A stretch of 48,059 bases of DNA, from contig CAZNXE010000003.1 of assembly GCA_964576465.1 (NCBI GenBank), positions 7,047 to 55,105 on the forward strand, written 5' to 3'. The stretch is from an uncultured Planctomycetaceae bacterium (GTDB taxonomy: Bacteria > Planctomycetota > Planctomycetia > Pirellulales > JAEUIK01). The translations under genes and the position numbers were made by a program. The notes beneath the pieces were generated by a model. The model was not told the origin of the DNA. It did not search any database and saw nothing but the letters and a program-made list of their open reading frames with translations. Numbering within the stretch: the stretch's first letter is position 1; each line of letters starts with the position of its first letter. This document shows positions 20,374 to 28,106 of this stretch, in pieces.

Positions 20374-21669
20374 ATGTCCCAACGATCTACCAACGCAAGC
20401 ACGCCAGACCTGCAAGTGGCAGTGCTATCTGATATTGGTCTACGCCGCACGAACAATCAGGACGCCTATGGCGTGCTCACCGCGCCCGATGAACAAATTT
20501 GGCGACAGCGAGGGCATTTGCTTCTGGTGGCCGATGGCATGGGGGCTCATGCGGCTGGCGAGTTGGCCAGCGAGTTGGCGGCCGAAAAAATCCCCCACAA
20601 CTACTGCAAGCTGACCGATCAGCCCCCGCCCGAAGCGGTTCGCCAAGCGGTGGTCGAGGCGAACCAGGAGATTCATGGTCGCGGTCAGGCGAATATCGAA
20701 TTCCATGGCATGGGCACCACGGTGAGTGTGCTGCTGTTGCTGCCACAAGGGGCGGTGGTGGCGCATGTGGGCGATAGCCGCGTCTATCGTCTTCGCGACC
20801 AGCAACTAGAACAGCTCACCTTCGATCATAGCTTGGTTTGGGAGATGATCGCCGACGGGCAGTTTGGCGAAGACGACGTCCCGAGTTACGTTCCCCGCAA
20901 CGTCATCACGCGGTCGCTTGGCCCCAACTCGGAAGTGAAGGTCGATCTCGAAGGGCCGTTTCCACTGAAAGTTGGCGACAAGTTCTTGTTGTGCAGCGAT
21001 GGCTTGACCGGTCAGGTGGGAGACGAAGAACTGGGGACTCTTCTCGGTTGCCTGCCGCCTGATGAGGCAGTACGGACGTTAGTCGATCTGGCCAATCTCC
21101 GCGGCGGTCCAGACAACATTACCATTGTCGTCGCCGAGGTGACGGGAAAAAACATCGTCGGTCACGAGTCCGATGGTTGGGAATCCGCAACCCAGCGGCA
21201 AGATTCAGCGCCCCGTGTGCCACTTGCGGTGTGGGTGCTTCTGGGAGTCTTCGGCCTCTCGACGCCCGTGCTCATTGGTCTTGGGCAATTGCTGCTAGCA
21301 TCGGTGACCGGTACCGCAGGCATCATTGCCGCCTTGATGGCGATGGTTCGTGCATTCGAGACGGGCGATGCCCCCTCGATCAGCGTTGCGCAACAGGGGC
21401 AACTCGGGCAGGGGCCGCATCGCTCGCGAAGTTGTCAGGCAGACAAGTCGTTTGTCGATAAGCTCCGACAAACTACCGAGCAATTGCGCAAGGCGGCCGA
21501 AGAGGAGCAGTGGCAGATTGATTGGCAACACTTCAACGATCTGCGCGACAAGGCCGAGTTGGCCGCCAAGAAAGAGAATTACGTTTCCTCGGTCCGCGAA
21601 TACGCGCATGCCATCAGTTTTATGATGGCGCAGCTTCGCGAACACGGCACGAAGAAAGTCTCCGACTAG
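20374..21669 (+). CDS. PP2C-family Ser/Thr protein phosphatase with a membrane-spanning and coiled C-terminal extension
   Basis: GLRRTNNQDAY, LLLVADGMGAHAAGELAS, HVGDSRVY, LLCSDGLTG and GGPDNITIVV are PP2C motifs. Hydrophobic segment VPLAVWVLLGVFGLSTPVLIGLG. Confidence 0.85.
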   Translation: MSQRSTNASTPDLQVAVLSDIGLRRTNNQDAYGVLTAPDEQIWRQRGHLLLVADGMGAHAAGELASELAAEKIPHNYCKLTDQPPPEAVRQAVVEANQEIHGRGQANIEFHGMGTTVSVLLLLPQGAVVAHVGDSRVYRLRDQQLEQLTFDHSLVWEMIADGQFGEDDVPSYVPRNVITRSLGPNSEVKVDLEGPFPLKVGDKFLLCSDGLTGQVGDEELGTLLGCLPPDEAVRTLVDLANLRGGPDNITIVVAEVTGKNIVGHESDGWESATQRQDSAPRVPLAVWVLLGVFGLSTPVLIGLGQLLLASVTGTAGIIAALMAMVRAFETGDAPSISVAQQGQLGQGPHRSRSCQADKSFVDKLRQTTEQLRKAAEEEQWQIDWQHFNDLRDKAELAAKKENYVSSVREYAHAISFMMAQLREHGTKKVSD

Positions 21670-21889
21670 CCCGGCGCTTCGAGGGGACATCGCGTCGATC
21701 CATGGCTCTCTTTCCACCTAGCTTGCCTTGTTTTCCAGGGCACCGGGCGGCCTTTGTCCGGTCTTGCTTGGTTTTGCACCCCGGTGATACACTCCGCGGC
21801 CCGATTGATTCGGGGGCTGGTACGTCTATCGCGTCGTGCGATGACCGTCCCGCGTCAGTTCCTTACACCTTGCGACACGGAGGTCTCTG

Positions 21890-23527
21890 TTGCTCGCACG
21901 TTGGCCCATTCGTGAAAAGCTGCTCGTCGGACTGGCATTGCTCGTGGTGATCGTCACCGCGTTGGCGGCTAGCGGCTTTGTCGGGCTGTATTCCTATCGA
22001 GCACTGGTGCGGAGCATTAGCTGGCGGGTATCGGAATTGCCGTTGGCCACGGACTTGAACAAACGCGTGGGCGTCTTGCGCGTTAGCTACCGTGATTGTC
22101 AGGCCGTTTATGAGTTTCCTTCGGCCAGCAACACAACTCCGCCGGCCAGCATGCGGATGGCGCGAACCGACTTTCATCTTCGGCGAATCGATGTCGAAGA
22201 AGCGTTGGCCAAATATCGTGGCCAGTTGGCCCATAATGAAAAGCAGAAATCGCGCATCGGCGATAGCACGCTCGAATGGCGAACCGTGCGTGGGATTGAA
22301 GCCACGCTCGAACGTATCGCCCAAGCCGAGCGCGACGGCGATTGGCTGCTGGGCGTGACCAATGCCGAAACGATTGCCGACGAACTGCAACAACTACAGG
22401 AACTAACGGTCGAGTTGCCCAGCTATCTGCATCACAACCTGCTCGACTTCAAGTACCAAGCCCGAGCGCAATACCGAACGTTGATCGTGCTCACCTGGAT
22501 CACGACGATCCTCACGGCCCTAATGTTCGCGCTGCTGGTCAAACTGTTCTACAGTTGGGTGTTTCGCCCCATGCAGAAGTTGATCAAAGGTTCGCGTCGC
22601 GTCGCGAGCGGGGAGTTCGACTACCAGATTCGTCTTGACTCTCACGATGAAATGGCCGAATTGGCCGAGTCGATGAACAATATGACCAAGGAATTCTTGG
22701 TGATTCGCGACGATCTCGATCAGCAGGTGAAGCAGCGAACCCGCGAAGTGATTCGCAACGAGCAGCTCGCCAGTGTTGGCTTTCTCGCGGCCGGTGTGTC
22801 ACACGAAATCAACAATCCGTTGGCCTCGATCGCCATGTGCAGCGAGGCATTGGAAGGCCGATTCGTGGCTGCCAGCAATTGCGATGAAGAGGAACGCCGC
22901 GAGATTGTTCACTATCTGCGATTGATCCAAGAAGAAGCGTTTCGCTGCAAAGACATCACCGAGAAGCTGCTCGACTTCTCTCGGATGGGCGATATTCAGC
23001 GCATTCGCACCGACCTACGAGAACTGGTGCAGGGCGTGATCGACATGGTGGGTCACTTGGGACGCTATCGCGAGAAGCATGTCGAATTAATTTGCGACGA
23101 GGCCGTGGTTGCCGAGGTTTGTCCACAGGAGATCAAACAGGTTGTGCTCAACTTGCTGACCAACGCCTTGGACAGCATTGCCGTGGATTGCCCCGAAGGA
23201 AAAGTACGCGTTGAACTCAGCATCTCGGGTCATGAGGCAATCATTGATGTGACCGACAACGGGTGTGGCATGACGGAAGAAGTGCTCGAACATATCTTTG
23301 AACCGTTCTACACCAACAAACTACAAAACGGACTGCAAGGCACCGGCCTGGGTTTGCCCATCTCCTATCGTATCGTCGCCGAACACGATGGAACGGTTGA
23401 AGTTAGCAGCAAAGGTCCCAATCGCGGCTCGCGATTCCACGTGCGAATCCCACTCATCGCACCCCGGATTGCCGACACCGCCACGGCCGACAGCGGCAGT
23501 TCACTCGCTTGGGCAAAGAGTGCGTAA
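21890..23527 (+). CDS. Membrane sensor histidine kinase (HAMP plus HisKA plus HATPase_c)
   Basis: TTG start with GGAGG 8 nt upstream. H-box GVSHEINNPL, N-box LNLLTNALDS, G1 DNGCGM, G2 GTGLGLPISYRIV. Two TM segments flank a ~180-aa periplasmic-type region. Confidence 0.85.
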   Translation: MLARWPIREKLLVGLALLVVIVTALAASGFVGLYSYRALVRSISWRVSELPLATDLNKRVGVLRVSYRDCQAVYEFPSASNTTPPASMRMARTDFHLRRIDVEEALAKYRGQLAHNEKQKSRIGDSTLEWRTVRGIEATLERIAQAERDGDWLLGVTNAETIADELQQLQELTVELPSYLHHNLLDFKYQARAQYRTLIVLTWITTILTALMFALLVKLFYSWVFRPMQKLIKGSRRVASGEFDYQIRLDSHDEMAELAESMNNMTKEFLVIRDDLDQQVKQRTREVIRNEQLASVGFLAAGVSHEINNPLASIAMCSEALEGRFVAASNCDEEERREIVHYLRLIQEEAFRCKDITEKLLDFSRMGDIQRIRTDLRELVQGVIDMVGHLGRYREKHVELICDEAVVAEVCPQEIKQVVLNLLTNALDSIAVDCPEGKVRVELSISGHEAIIDVTDNGCGMTEEVLEHIFEPFYTNKLQNGLQGTGLGLPISYRIVAEHDGTVEVSSKGPNRGSRFHVRIPLIAPRIADTATADSGSSLAWAKSA

Positions 23528-23611
23528 CGATGCTTTCTGGCGCTACGCCGAAAACAAACGACTAGGACTCCAAGGAGGTGCACCATCGCCAGAGAAAAGC
23601 CAAAACGAAAA

Positions 23612-24967
23612 ATGAAGTTGCTCTTTGCCGACGATGAAAAATCGCTGCAAGACGTGATGAGCCGCGAGTTGCCCCGCATGGGACACGAAGTGACCGTCTG
23701 CCCCGATGGACTCAAGGCCGTCGCCGCGCTCGAGCGAAATACTTACGACTGCATCCTGGTCGATCTCGACATGCCGGGCCTCAACGGCATCGAGGTGATT
23801 GCCAAAGCCAAGGAAATGTCACCCGAGACCGAAGCCGTTGTGCTCACCGGCAAATCGTCGATGGATTCAGCAGTCGCCGCGCTGCGCCACGGTGCGTTCG
23901 ATTATCTCACCAAGCCGTATCGCCTTGTCGAAATTGAGGCCCTCCTGGGCCGTGTGGCCGACAAGCTGGAGTTGACCAATAAGTTTCGCGCCTTAAAGCG
24001 ACAACTTGACCGCCTTGAAGGCAGCTCGGATTTGATTGGCGATACCGAATCGATGCAGCAGGTTCGCGAGCTGATCTCGAAAGTTGCTCCCACCAACTCC
24101 ACGGTGCTGATTCTTGGCGAAACCGGTACCGGAAAGGAACTCGTTGCCAAGGCGGTCCATCAACAAAGCCAACGTGCCGAGGCTCCCTTTGTCGCCATCA
24201 ATTGCGGGGCTTTGCCCGAGAGTTTGATCGAGAGCGAACTGTTCGGACATCGCAAGGGGGCCTTTACCGGGGCGGACGAACATCGCGTGGGTTTGTTTGA
24301 AGTGGCCGACGGGGGAACCCTGTTTCTCGACGAAATTGGCGAGCTGCCCAAGTCGATGCAGTCGAAGCTGCTACGGGTGCTCGAGAGCGGCGAGATTCGT
24401 CGCGTGGGCGAGAACGAAACCTTCAAAGTTGACGTCCGCATCGTCTGCGCGACGCACCGCGATCTGGAAGAGATGGTCGGCGAAAACGAATTCCGAGAAG
24501 ACCTGATGTTTCGGGTGAATACTTTCGAGATTCGGCTGGCACCGCTACGCGAACGCTTGGAAGACATCGAACCGCTGGCCCAACACCTGCTGTGCCGCTT
24601 CCGCACGGATGCCCGCATTGGTGATGAACTGTTCGCCCCCGAGACACTCGACGCGCTGAGGAGCCACTCGTGGCCAGGCAACGTTCGCGAGTTGGCCAAC
24701 GTCGTGGAACATGCCGTCATCCTTTGTCCCAGCGGGATCATCTCCGAAGAACACCTACCACGAAACTTTAATGCACGAAAGCTCCAGGGCCCCCACTTCA
24801 AGATGGTCCGCCCCCAATCGCTACGTGAGATCGAGCTACAAGTCATTCAACAGACACTCCAGCGGCACAGCGGCAACAAACCAAAAGCCGCCGAAGAATT
24901 AGGCATCAGCCTCAAGACACTCTACAACAAGCTCAACCAGCTAAGCGAGCTAGAAAAGTCGGCCTGA
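23612..24967 (+). CDS. Sigma-54-dependent response regulator (NtrC/AtoC family: REC plus AAA+ plus Fis-type HTH)
   Basis: REC Asp pocket (LLFADDE...DLDMPG), Walker [15 protein letters not shown] sigma-54 contact loop, ESELFGH, and a C-terminal HTH ([16 protein letters not shown]). Confidence 0.9.
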   Translation: MKLLFADDEKSLQDVMSRELPRMGHEVTVCPDGLKAVAALERNTYDCILVDLDMPGLNGIEVIAKAKEMSPETEAVVLTGKSSMDSAVAALRHGAFDYLTKPYRLVEIEALLGRVADKLELTNKFRALKRQLDRLEGSSDLIGDTESMQQVRELISKVAPTNSTVLILGETGTGKELVAKAVHQQSQRAEAPFVAINCGALPESLIESELFGHRKGAFTGADEHRVGLFEVADGGTLFLDEIGELPKSMQSKLLRVLESGEIRRVGENETFKVDVRIVCATHRDLEEMVGENEFREDLMFRVNTFEIRLAPLRERLEDIEPLAQHLLCRFRTDARIGDELFAPETLDALRSHSWPGNVRELANVVEHAVILCPSGIISEEHLPRNFNARKLQGPHFKMVRPQSLREIELQVIQQTLQRHSGNKPKAAEELGISLKTLYNKLNQLSELEKSA

Positions 24968-24983
24968 TAGGGACGGGTGTTCT

Positions 24984-25055
24984 AGTAGCGTGTGTGCTTG
25001 CACGCACTTTCTGCTGGCGATACGTGCCGCAATCACACACACACTATTCGGCTAC
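24984..25055 (+). repeat. ~70-bp imperfect palindromic element, copy 1 (family H; core AGTAGCGTG(T/C)GTGCTTGCACGCAC)
   Basis: Begins 17 nt after the regulator stop codon. Left arm AGTAGCGTGTGTGCTTGCACG, with a degenerate right arm ...CACACACAC..GGCTAC. Same core at 25767 and 26062. Confidence 0.8.
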
Positions 25056-25127
25056 GTAGCTCTGATGGTCCGCCTTGCGTTGATTGGCGAGTAGAGTGGG
25101 ACTGCTAAAATTGTTCCACCAAAGACC

Positions 25128-25763
25128 ATGCCGACAGGCGCGATTCTAGCAGTCGGAAACATAATGACCGAGCGCACCACCGGCGTCCGCCTTTGTCACA
25201 TAACTGGACTCATCTCCTTATTGCTCATACTGACGGTCTCGTCGATGGCCCTAATACTGCTACCGTATCGGACGTCCGAATATTCAGGTGACGGCACGAT
25301 AACCGACTCAGGATATTGGACACGTCCTCGATACCGTATTTCTTTTGATGATGTGATTCTGACGCAATCGGATCGTCATGTATATTCCCTCATGGGTGTT
25401 CCGAAAGATCCGCTATATTTCGGTCTTAAAGTACTTCGATTCACGAAGAATGACAAACAGATTACAAATGACATACAGATAATGGAACAATTTGAGGATG
25501 TGCGTAACGGGCTGGACATAGAACTCACGTATAAGATTACCGATGAATCTGGAAGCACGGTTGTTGATCAATCGATGAAAGTGCAAGAGTGGGAGCTATC
25601 GACAAGCGTAACTGATGTTCAACTGTACCTCGGAGGTTATGATGTGAACCTCGACCGTGACCAGCGGTATAAGCTGACATTGGATATAAAAGCAGTTGAT
25701 GCTGGAACAACTCGGGTGTTGGTTCAGCCTTTTCTGGCCGGAGGTGGAGCAGAATTACCGTAG
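25128..25763 (+). CDS. Hypothetical membrane-anchored protein (orphan, AT-richer than its surroundings)
   Basis: One N-terminal TM helix (ITGLISLLLILTVSSMALILL) followed by a soluble domain with no recognisable motifs. Composition is visibly A/T-richer. Alternative starts are ATG 25164 or an in-frame ATT 25110. Confidence 0.55.
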   Translation: MPTGAILAVGNIMTERTTGVRLCHITGLISLLLILTVSSMALILLPYRTSEYSGDGTITDSGYWTRPRYRISFDDVILTQSDRHVYSLMGVPKDPLYFGLKVLRFTKNDKQITNDIQIMEQFEDVRNGLDIELTYKITDESGSTVVDQSMKVQEWELSTSVTDVQLYLGGYDVNLDRDQRYKLTLDIKAVDAGTTRVLVQPFLAGGGAELP

Positions 25764-25766
25764 CCC

Positions 25767-25831
25767 AGTAGCGTGCGTGCTTGCACGCACTTCTTGGCTA
25801 GCGATTCGTCCGTGCAAGTACGCTGGCTACT
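25767..25831 (+). repeat. Family H palindromic element, copy 2
   Basis: AGTAGCGTGCGTGCTTGCACGCAC...CGTGCAAGTACGCTGGCTACT, starting 4 nt after the stop of ORF 25128-25763. Confidence 0.8.
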
Positions 25832-25886
25832 CGCCTTTTGATGGTCAGCTTAGCGTTGATTGGTGGGGTGAGGGGGGACTGCTGAA

Positions 25887-26066
25887 ATGGTTGGATATAC
25901 TTGGCAGGTCATTGCGATTCTCGCAATCACGTTTGTAGTCTCGATGATGTTGTCACCTGCTGACCCGATAAGTTTTCTGTTTGAATGGTTTGCAATGTCC
26001 GTGACCGGACTCGGAGCCTTTGGGCTCGGGGTGAGTTCGGGGAAAAAGCGGGCAGCAAGCCAGTAG
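25887..26066 (+). CDS. 59-aa predicted two-helix membrane peptide (below the ORF-track size cut-off)
   Basis: My translation: MVGYTWQVIAILAITFVVSMMLSPADPISFLFEWFAMSVTGLGAFGLGVSSGKKRAASQ*. Its stop TAG is embedded in family H copy 3. Its 5' leader is homologous to the leader of ORF 25128. Confidence 0.4.
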   Translation: MVGYTWQVIAILAITFVVSMMLSPADPISFLFEWFAMSVTGLGAFGLGVSSGKKRAASQ

Positions 26067-26133
26067 CGTGTGTGCTTGCACGCACTTTCTTCCCTAACGA
26101 TTCGTCCGCGCAAGCACACACGCCCCCCGGCTA
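26062..26133 (+). repeat. Family H palindromic element, copy 3 (best-preserved arms)
   Basis: AGTAGCGTGTGTGCTTGCACGCAC TTTCTTCCCTAACGATTCGTC CGCGCAAGCACACACGC..GGCTA. Arms are complementary over about 20 nt. Confidence 0.85.
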
Positions 26134-26185
26134 TTTCTTCTTTGCCTTCTTGCGCGGTTTTCGTGGCGGCTCGTTCTTCCACCAG
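26120..26185 (-). repeat. Orphan copy (DR1) of the sulfatase 3' tail plus stop plus ~12 nt of 3' flank
   Basis: The minus strand reads WWKNEPPRKPRKKAKKK*. It is near-identical to 28096-28158 (the real end of the sulfatase gene) apart from a 3-nt indel. It is cut off on its upstream side by the MITE at 26184. Confidence 0.85.
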
Positions 26186-26324
26186 CCGAGTAGGGTCCGC
26201 TGTGCGGATCAATGCCTCCTGGGGATGTGGTAAACGCGAACCAACATCAGCCGTACGGGTGAAAGAAGCCGGAGAATCGGTTTGCACGTTCATTAGCGGT
26301 CCGCACAGCGGACCCTACTCTGCT
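26184..26324. mobile_element. REPIN-like MITE, copy 1 (family M): ~24-nt terminal inverted repeats, each itself a hairpin
   Basis: Left end AGCCGAGTAGGGTCCGCTGTGCGGA, right end TCCGCACAGCGGACCCTACTCTGCT. Each contains GGTCCGC-TGT-GCGGACC. The internal core matches 40747-40947. Confidence 0.85.
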
Positions 26325-26850
26325 ATCTCACGTCGTCGATTTCAGCCGCGCTGTACTCCGTGGTCTTTCCGTGATTACAACATGCCCAATAAACAGTTTT
26401 CTTTTCTTCAAAACGCCACTCGAATACTTCATCAAAAGATGTGATTTGCGTTCCGTCCGCGTCGAACACAGCGAATTGCCCGGCCGCCTCGTCGACGTAG
26501 TGGCAAGTAGGGTCGCCAAGAAAATCAGTCAGAAGCTCTGTATCGCAACCAAGAGGGCAATGCTTTCCAATGTGCGATAGAAAACTCTCGGCACTCATAG
26601 TGGCCTGCTCCCCAATATCTGATCCATGCGTCATGAGAGTCTCAACCGCCTTCTTGGCAAGAAGATTCTCGATGTCGTAGCCGTTGGTCACTGCACGGCG
26701 TACGTGACAAAAGACACACTCGTTTCCAGTCCAGGATGACAGATAGATATCGCACGGTAGCCCAACCCGGTGCGTTGTCACGCACGGGGGTGCATGACCT
26801 ACTTTGCTGCCTTGTTGCGTGGTTTTCGTGGCGGCTCGTTCTTCCACCAC
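26323..26850 (-). CDS. Cys-rich hypothetical protein; start uncertain
   Basis: The first ~17 codons of the track ORF are an out-of-frame read of sulfatase-tail repeat DR2, so the real start is more likely GTG 26781 or ATG 26634. The body (…CDIYLSSWTGNECVFCH…HCPLGCD…YWACCNHG…) has no family I recognise. Confidence 0.4.
   Translation of the reverse strand: MVEERAATKTTQQGSKVGHAPPCVTTHRVGLPCDIYLSSWTGNECVFCHVRRAVTNGYDIENLLAKKAVETLMTHGSDIGEQATMSAESFLSHIGKHCPLGCDTELLTDFLGDPTCHYVDEAAGQFAVFDADGTQITSFDEVFEWRFEEKKTVYWACCNHGKTTEYSAAEIDDVR
26799..26850 (-). repeat. Orphan copy (DR2) of the sulfatase 3' tail
   Basis: The minus strand reads WWKNEPPRKPRNKAAK*. It aligns with 28107-28158 and 26131-26185. 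Confidence 0.8.
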
Positions 26851-26861
26851 TTGAACGTGCG

Positions 26862-27224
26862 TTATCCCGCCGTTTTCCGCAGCGTTGTGGACTCCTGCAG
26901 TCGCTGACGGTAATACTCAGGGTTTCGCTGAATTTCATCCATGAACCGGCTCGCGATGTTCGCCGGCACACTGCCCCGCTCCCAGGCGCTCACTGTCTTA
27001 GGCGACACGCCGAGAAACCGTGCAAAGAGCGATTGACTCACTCGTAGCAAGCTCCGCGTGGCTTTCACGTCCTCGGCCGTATAGCTGTGCGGCTCCAAGT
27101 CGAGAGTGACTTGGCGGCACGTATACTTCTCGGCCAGATCCGAACTGCCCTTGAGATCAGTTAGAAACTCCCCGAGACCATCAACTAGGTCTCGCTCCAC
27201 GCTATTTAGTTTTGTCTTGTCCAT
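26862..27224 (-). CDS. higA: HigA-2-like XRE-family HTH antitoxin
   Basis: 120 aa. The C-terminal HTH (LRVSQSLFARFLGVSPKTVSAWERG) follows an N-terminal extension, as in COG2944/HigA-2 antitoxins. It lies 23 nt downstream of the toxin gene. Confidence 0.7.
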   Translation of the reverse strand: MDKTKLNSVERDLVDGLGEFLTDLKGSSDLAEKYTCRQVTLDLEPHSYTAEDVKATRSLLRVSQSLFARFLGVSPKTVSAWERGSVPANIASRFMDEIQRNPEYYRQRLQESTTLRKTAG

Positions 27225-27247
27225 CAGTGCTCACCCTCTCGCAACCA

Positions 27248-27709
27248 TTAGCCCAGTTCTTTCCCCAGTCGTATCGCCTGCCTTCGCTCCAATTCGTCTT
27301 TGGTTTCCTTAATCGTCTTCCTCAGAAATGATTTCACTGCGTCGGAAATGGTCCCCACCTCGTTCTTCCCGTACACCACGCAAAGCAAGACCACTCCAAA
27401 CTCCTTGAAGTGGACATACAGCACCCTGGCAGCACCGCTTTTGCCTGAACTCCACCGATCCGGTGCGAAGCGTAACTTACGGAGACCACCACTGCCGGGC
27501 AGCACGGATCCGACATCAGGCTTCGCCATGATCATCATTTGCAGGGCGGCCAGATCGCATTCGACGTCGAGCCCCAGATGCTTCCATCTCCGAGTAAAAG
27601 GCACCAACTCGATGAAATTAAGGATATCTTCGGGCTGAAATTCGTGCTGCGGAAAGGCCACTGTCGCTCGGGTTTGCCGCCGACGTCCGGTCGGTTTCTT
27701 GCGTGCCAT
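27248..27709 (-). CDS. higB: HigB-2-like (RelE-superfamily, PF09907-type) toxin with a basic N-terminal extension
   Basis: GSGGLRKLRFAPDRWSSGKSGAARVLYVHFKEFGVVLLCVVYGKNEVGTIS parallels the Vibrio HigB-2 block GTGGLRKIRVA..GKGKRGGSRIIYYF....YLLTIYGKNEMSDL. ATG 27709 is chosen because the operator palindrome lies upstream of it. A GTG about 16 codons in is also possible. Confidence 0.7.
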   Translation of the reverse strand: MARKKPTGRRRQTRATVAFPQHEFQPEDILNFIELVPFTRRWKHLGLDVECDLAALQMMIMAKPDVGSVLPGSGGLRKLRFAPDRWSSGKSGAARVLYVHFKEFGVVLLCVVYGKNEVGTISDAVKSFLRKTIKETKDELERRQAIRLGKELG

Positions 27710-27753
27710 TTCTCCGCTTCCTGAATCGGATAATCCATTGGCGTCAGTGCAGT

Positions 27754-27780
27754 AAACTATACCATTCAATGGTATAGTTT
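27754..27780. promoter_or_regulatory. Perfect 13-1-13 palindrome AAACTATACCATT C AATGGTATAGTTT; candidate higBA operator
   Basis: Read directly from the sequence. It lies 45-70 nt upstream of ATG 27709 on the coding (minus) strand. Type II TA operons are typically autoregulated through such sites. Confidence 0.6.
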
Positions 27781-28106
27781 CAAGTTCATTCCGCCGGAGC
27801 ACCTGACCAGGTAGATCGCCATCACTGGTCGTCAATCGATCTCAAGGCATTTATTCGTATGGACTTAAGCGATTAACCTGTGTCGAATTACTGCACCCAA
27901 AACTAAGCTTGTGCCTGCAAATCGCCCACAAGAACACAACCACTAGAGGGGTGTCGGTGGTGGGAATTTCCTGGGAATTCCGCAGCAGAATCGGAGTTCT
28001 CGGGTGATCGTGCATGCCGTGATTCACGGCACACTGGCGTAGCATTTCATGGCCTGAGCAATATCTACACCGCATAATCACACCGACAGACGATCACGCC
28101 ACCCGG

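Noticed and set aside
24984-26133. Possible CRISPR array or canonical integron attC array (three copies of the family H repeat)
   Set aside because: The spacings are about 780 and 295 nt and contain ORFs, which does not match the regular ~30-40-nt spacers of a CRISPR array. The arm ends lack the RYYYAAC/GTTRRRY boxes of attC sites, and no intI or cas genes are present. I kept it as a cassette-like finding only.
27851-28081. 76-aa minus-strand ORF between the higB promoter and the sulfatase stop
   Set aside because: It has no ribosome-binding site or recognisable motif, and its Cys/His/Arg-rich translation spans small palindromes (GGAATTTCC..GGAATTCC, TGCCGTGATTCACGGCA). It is more likely non-coding island DNA.
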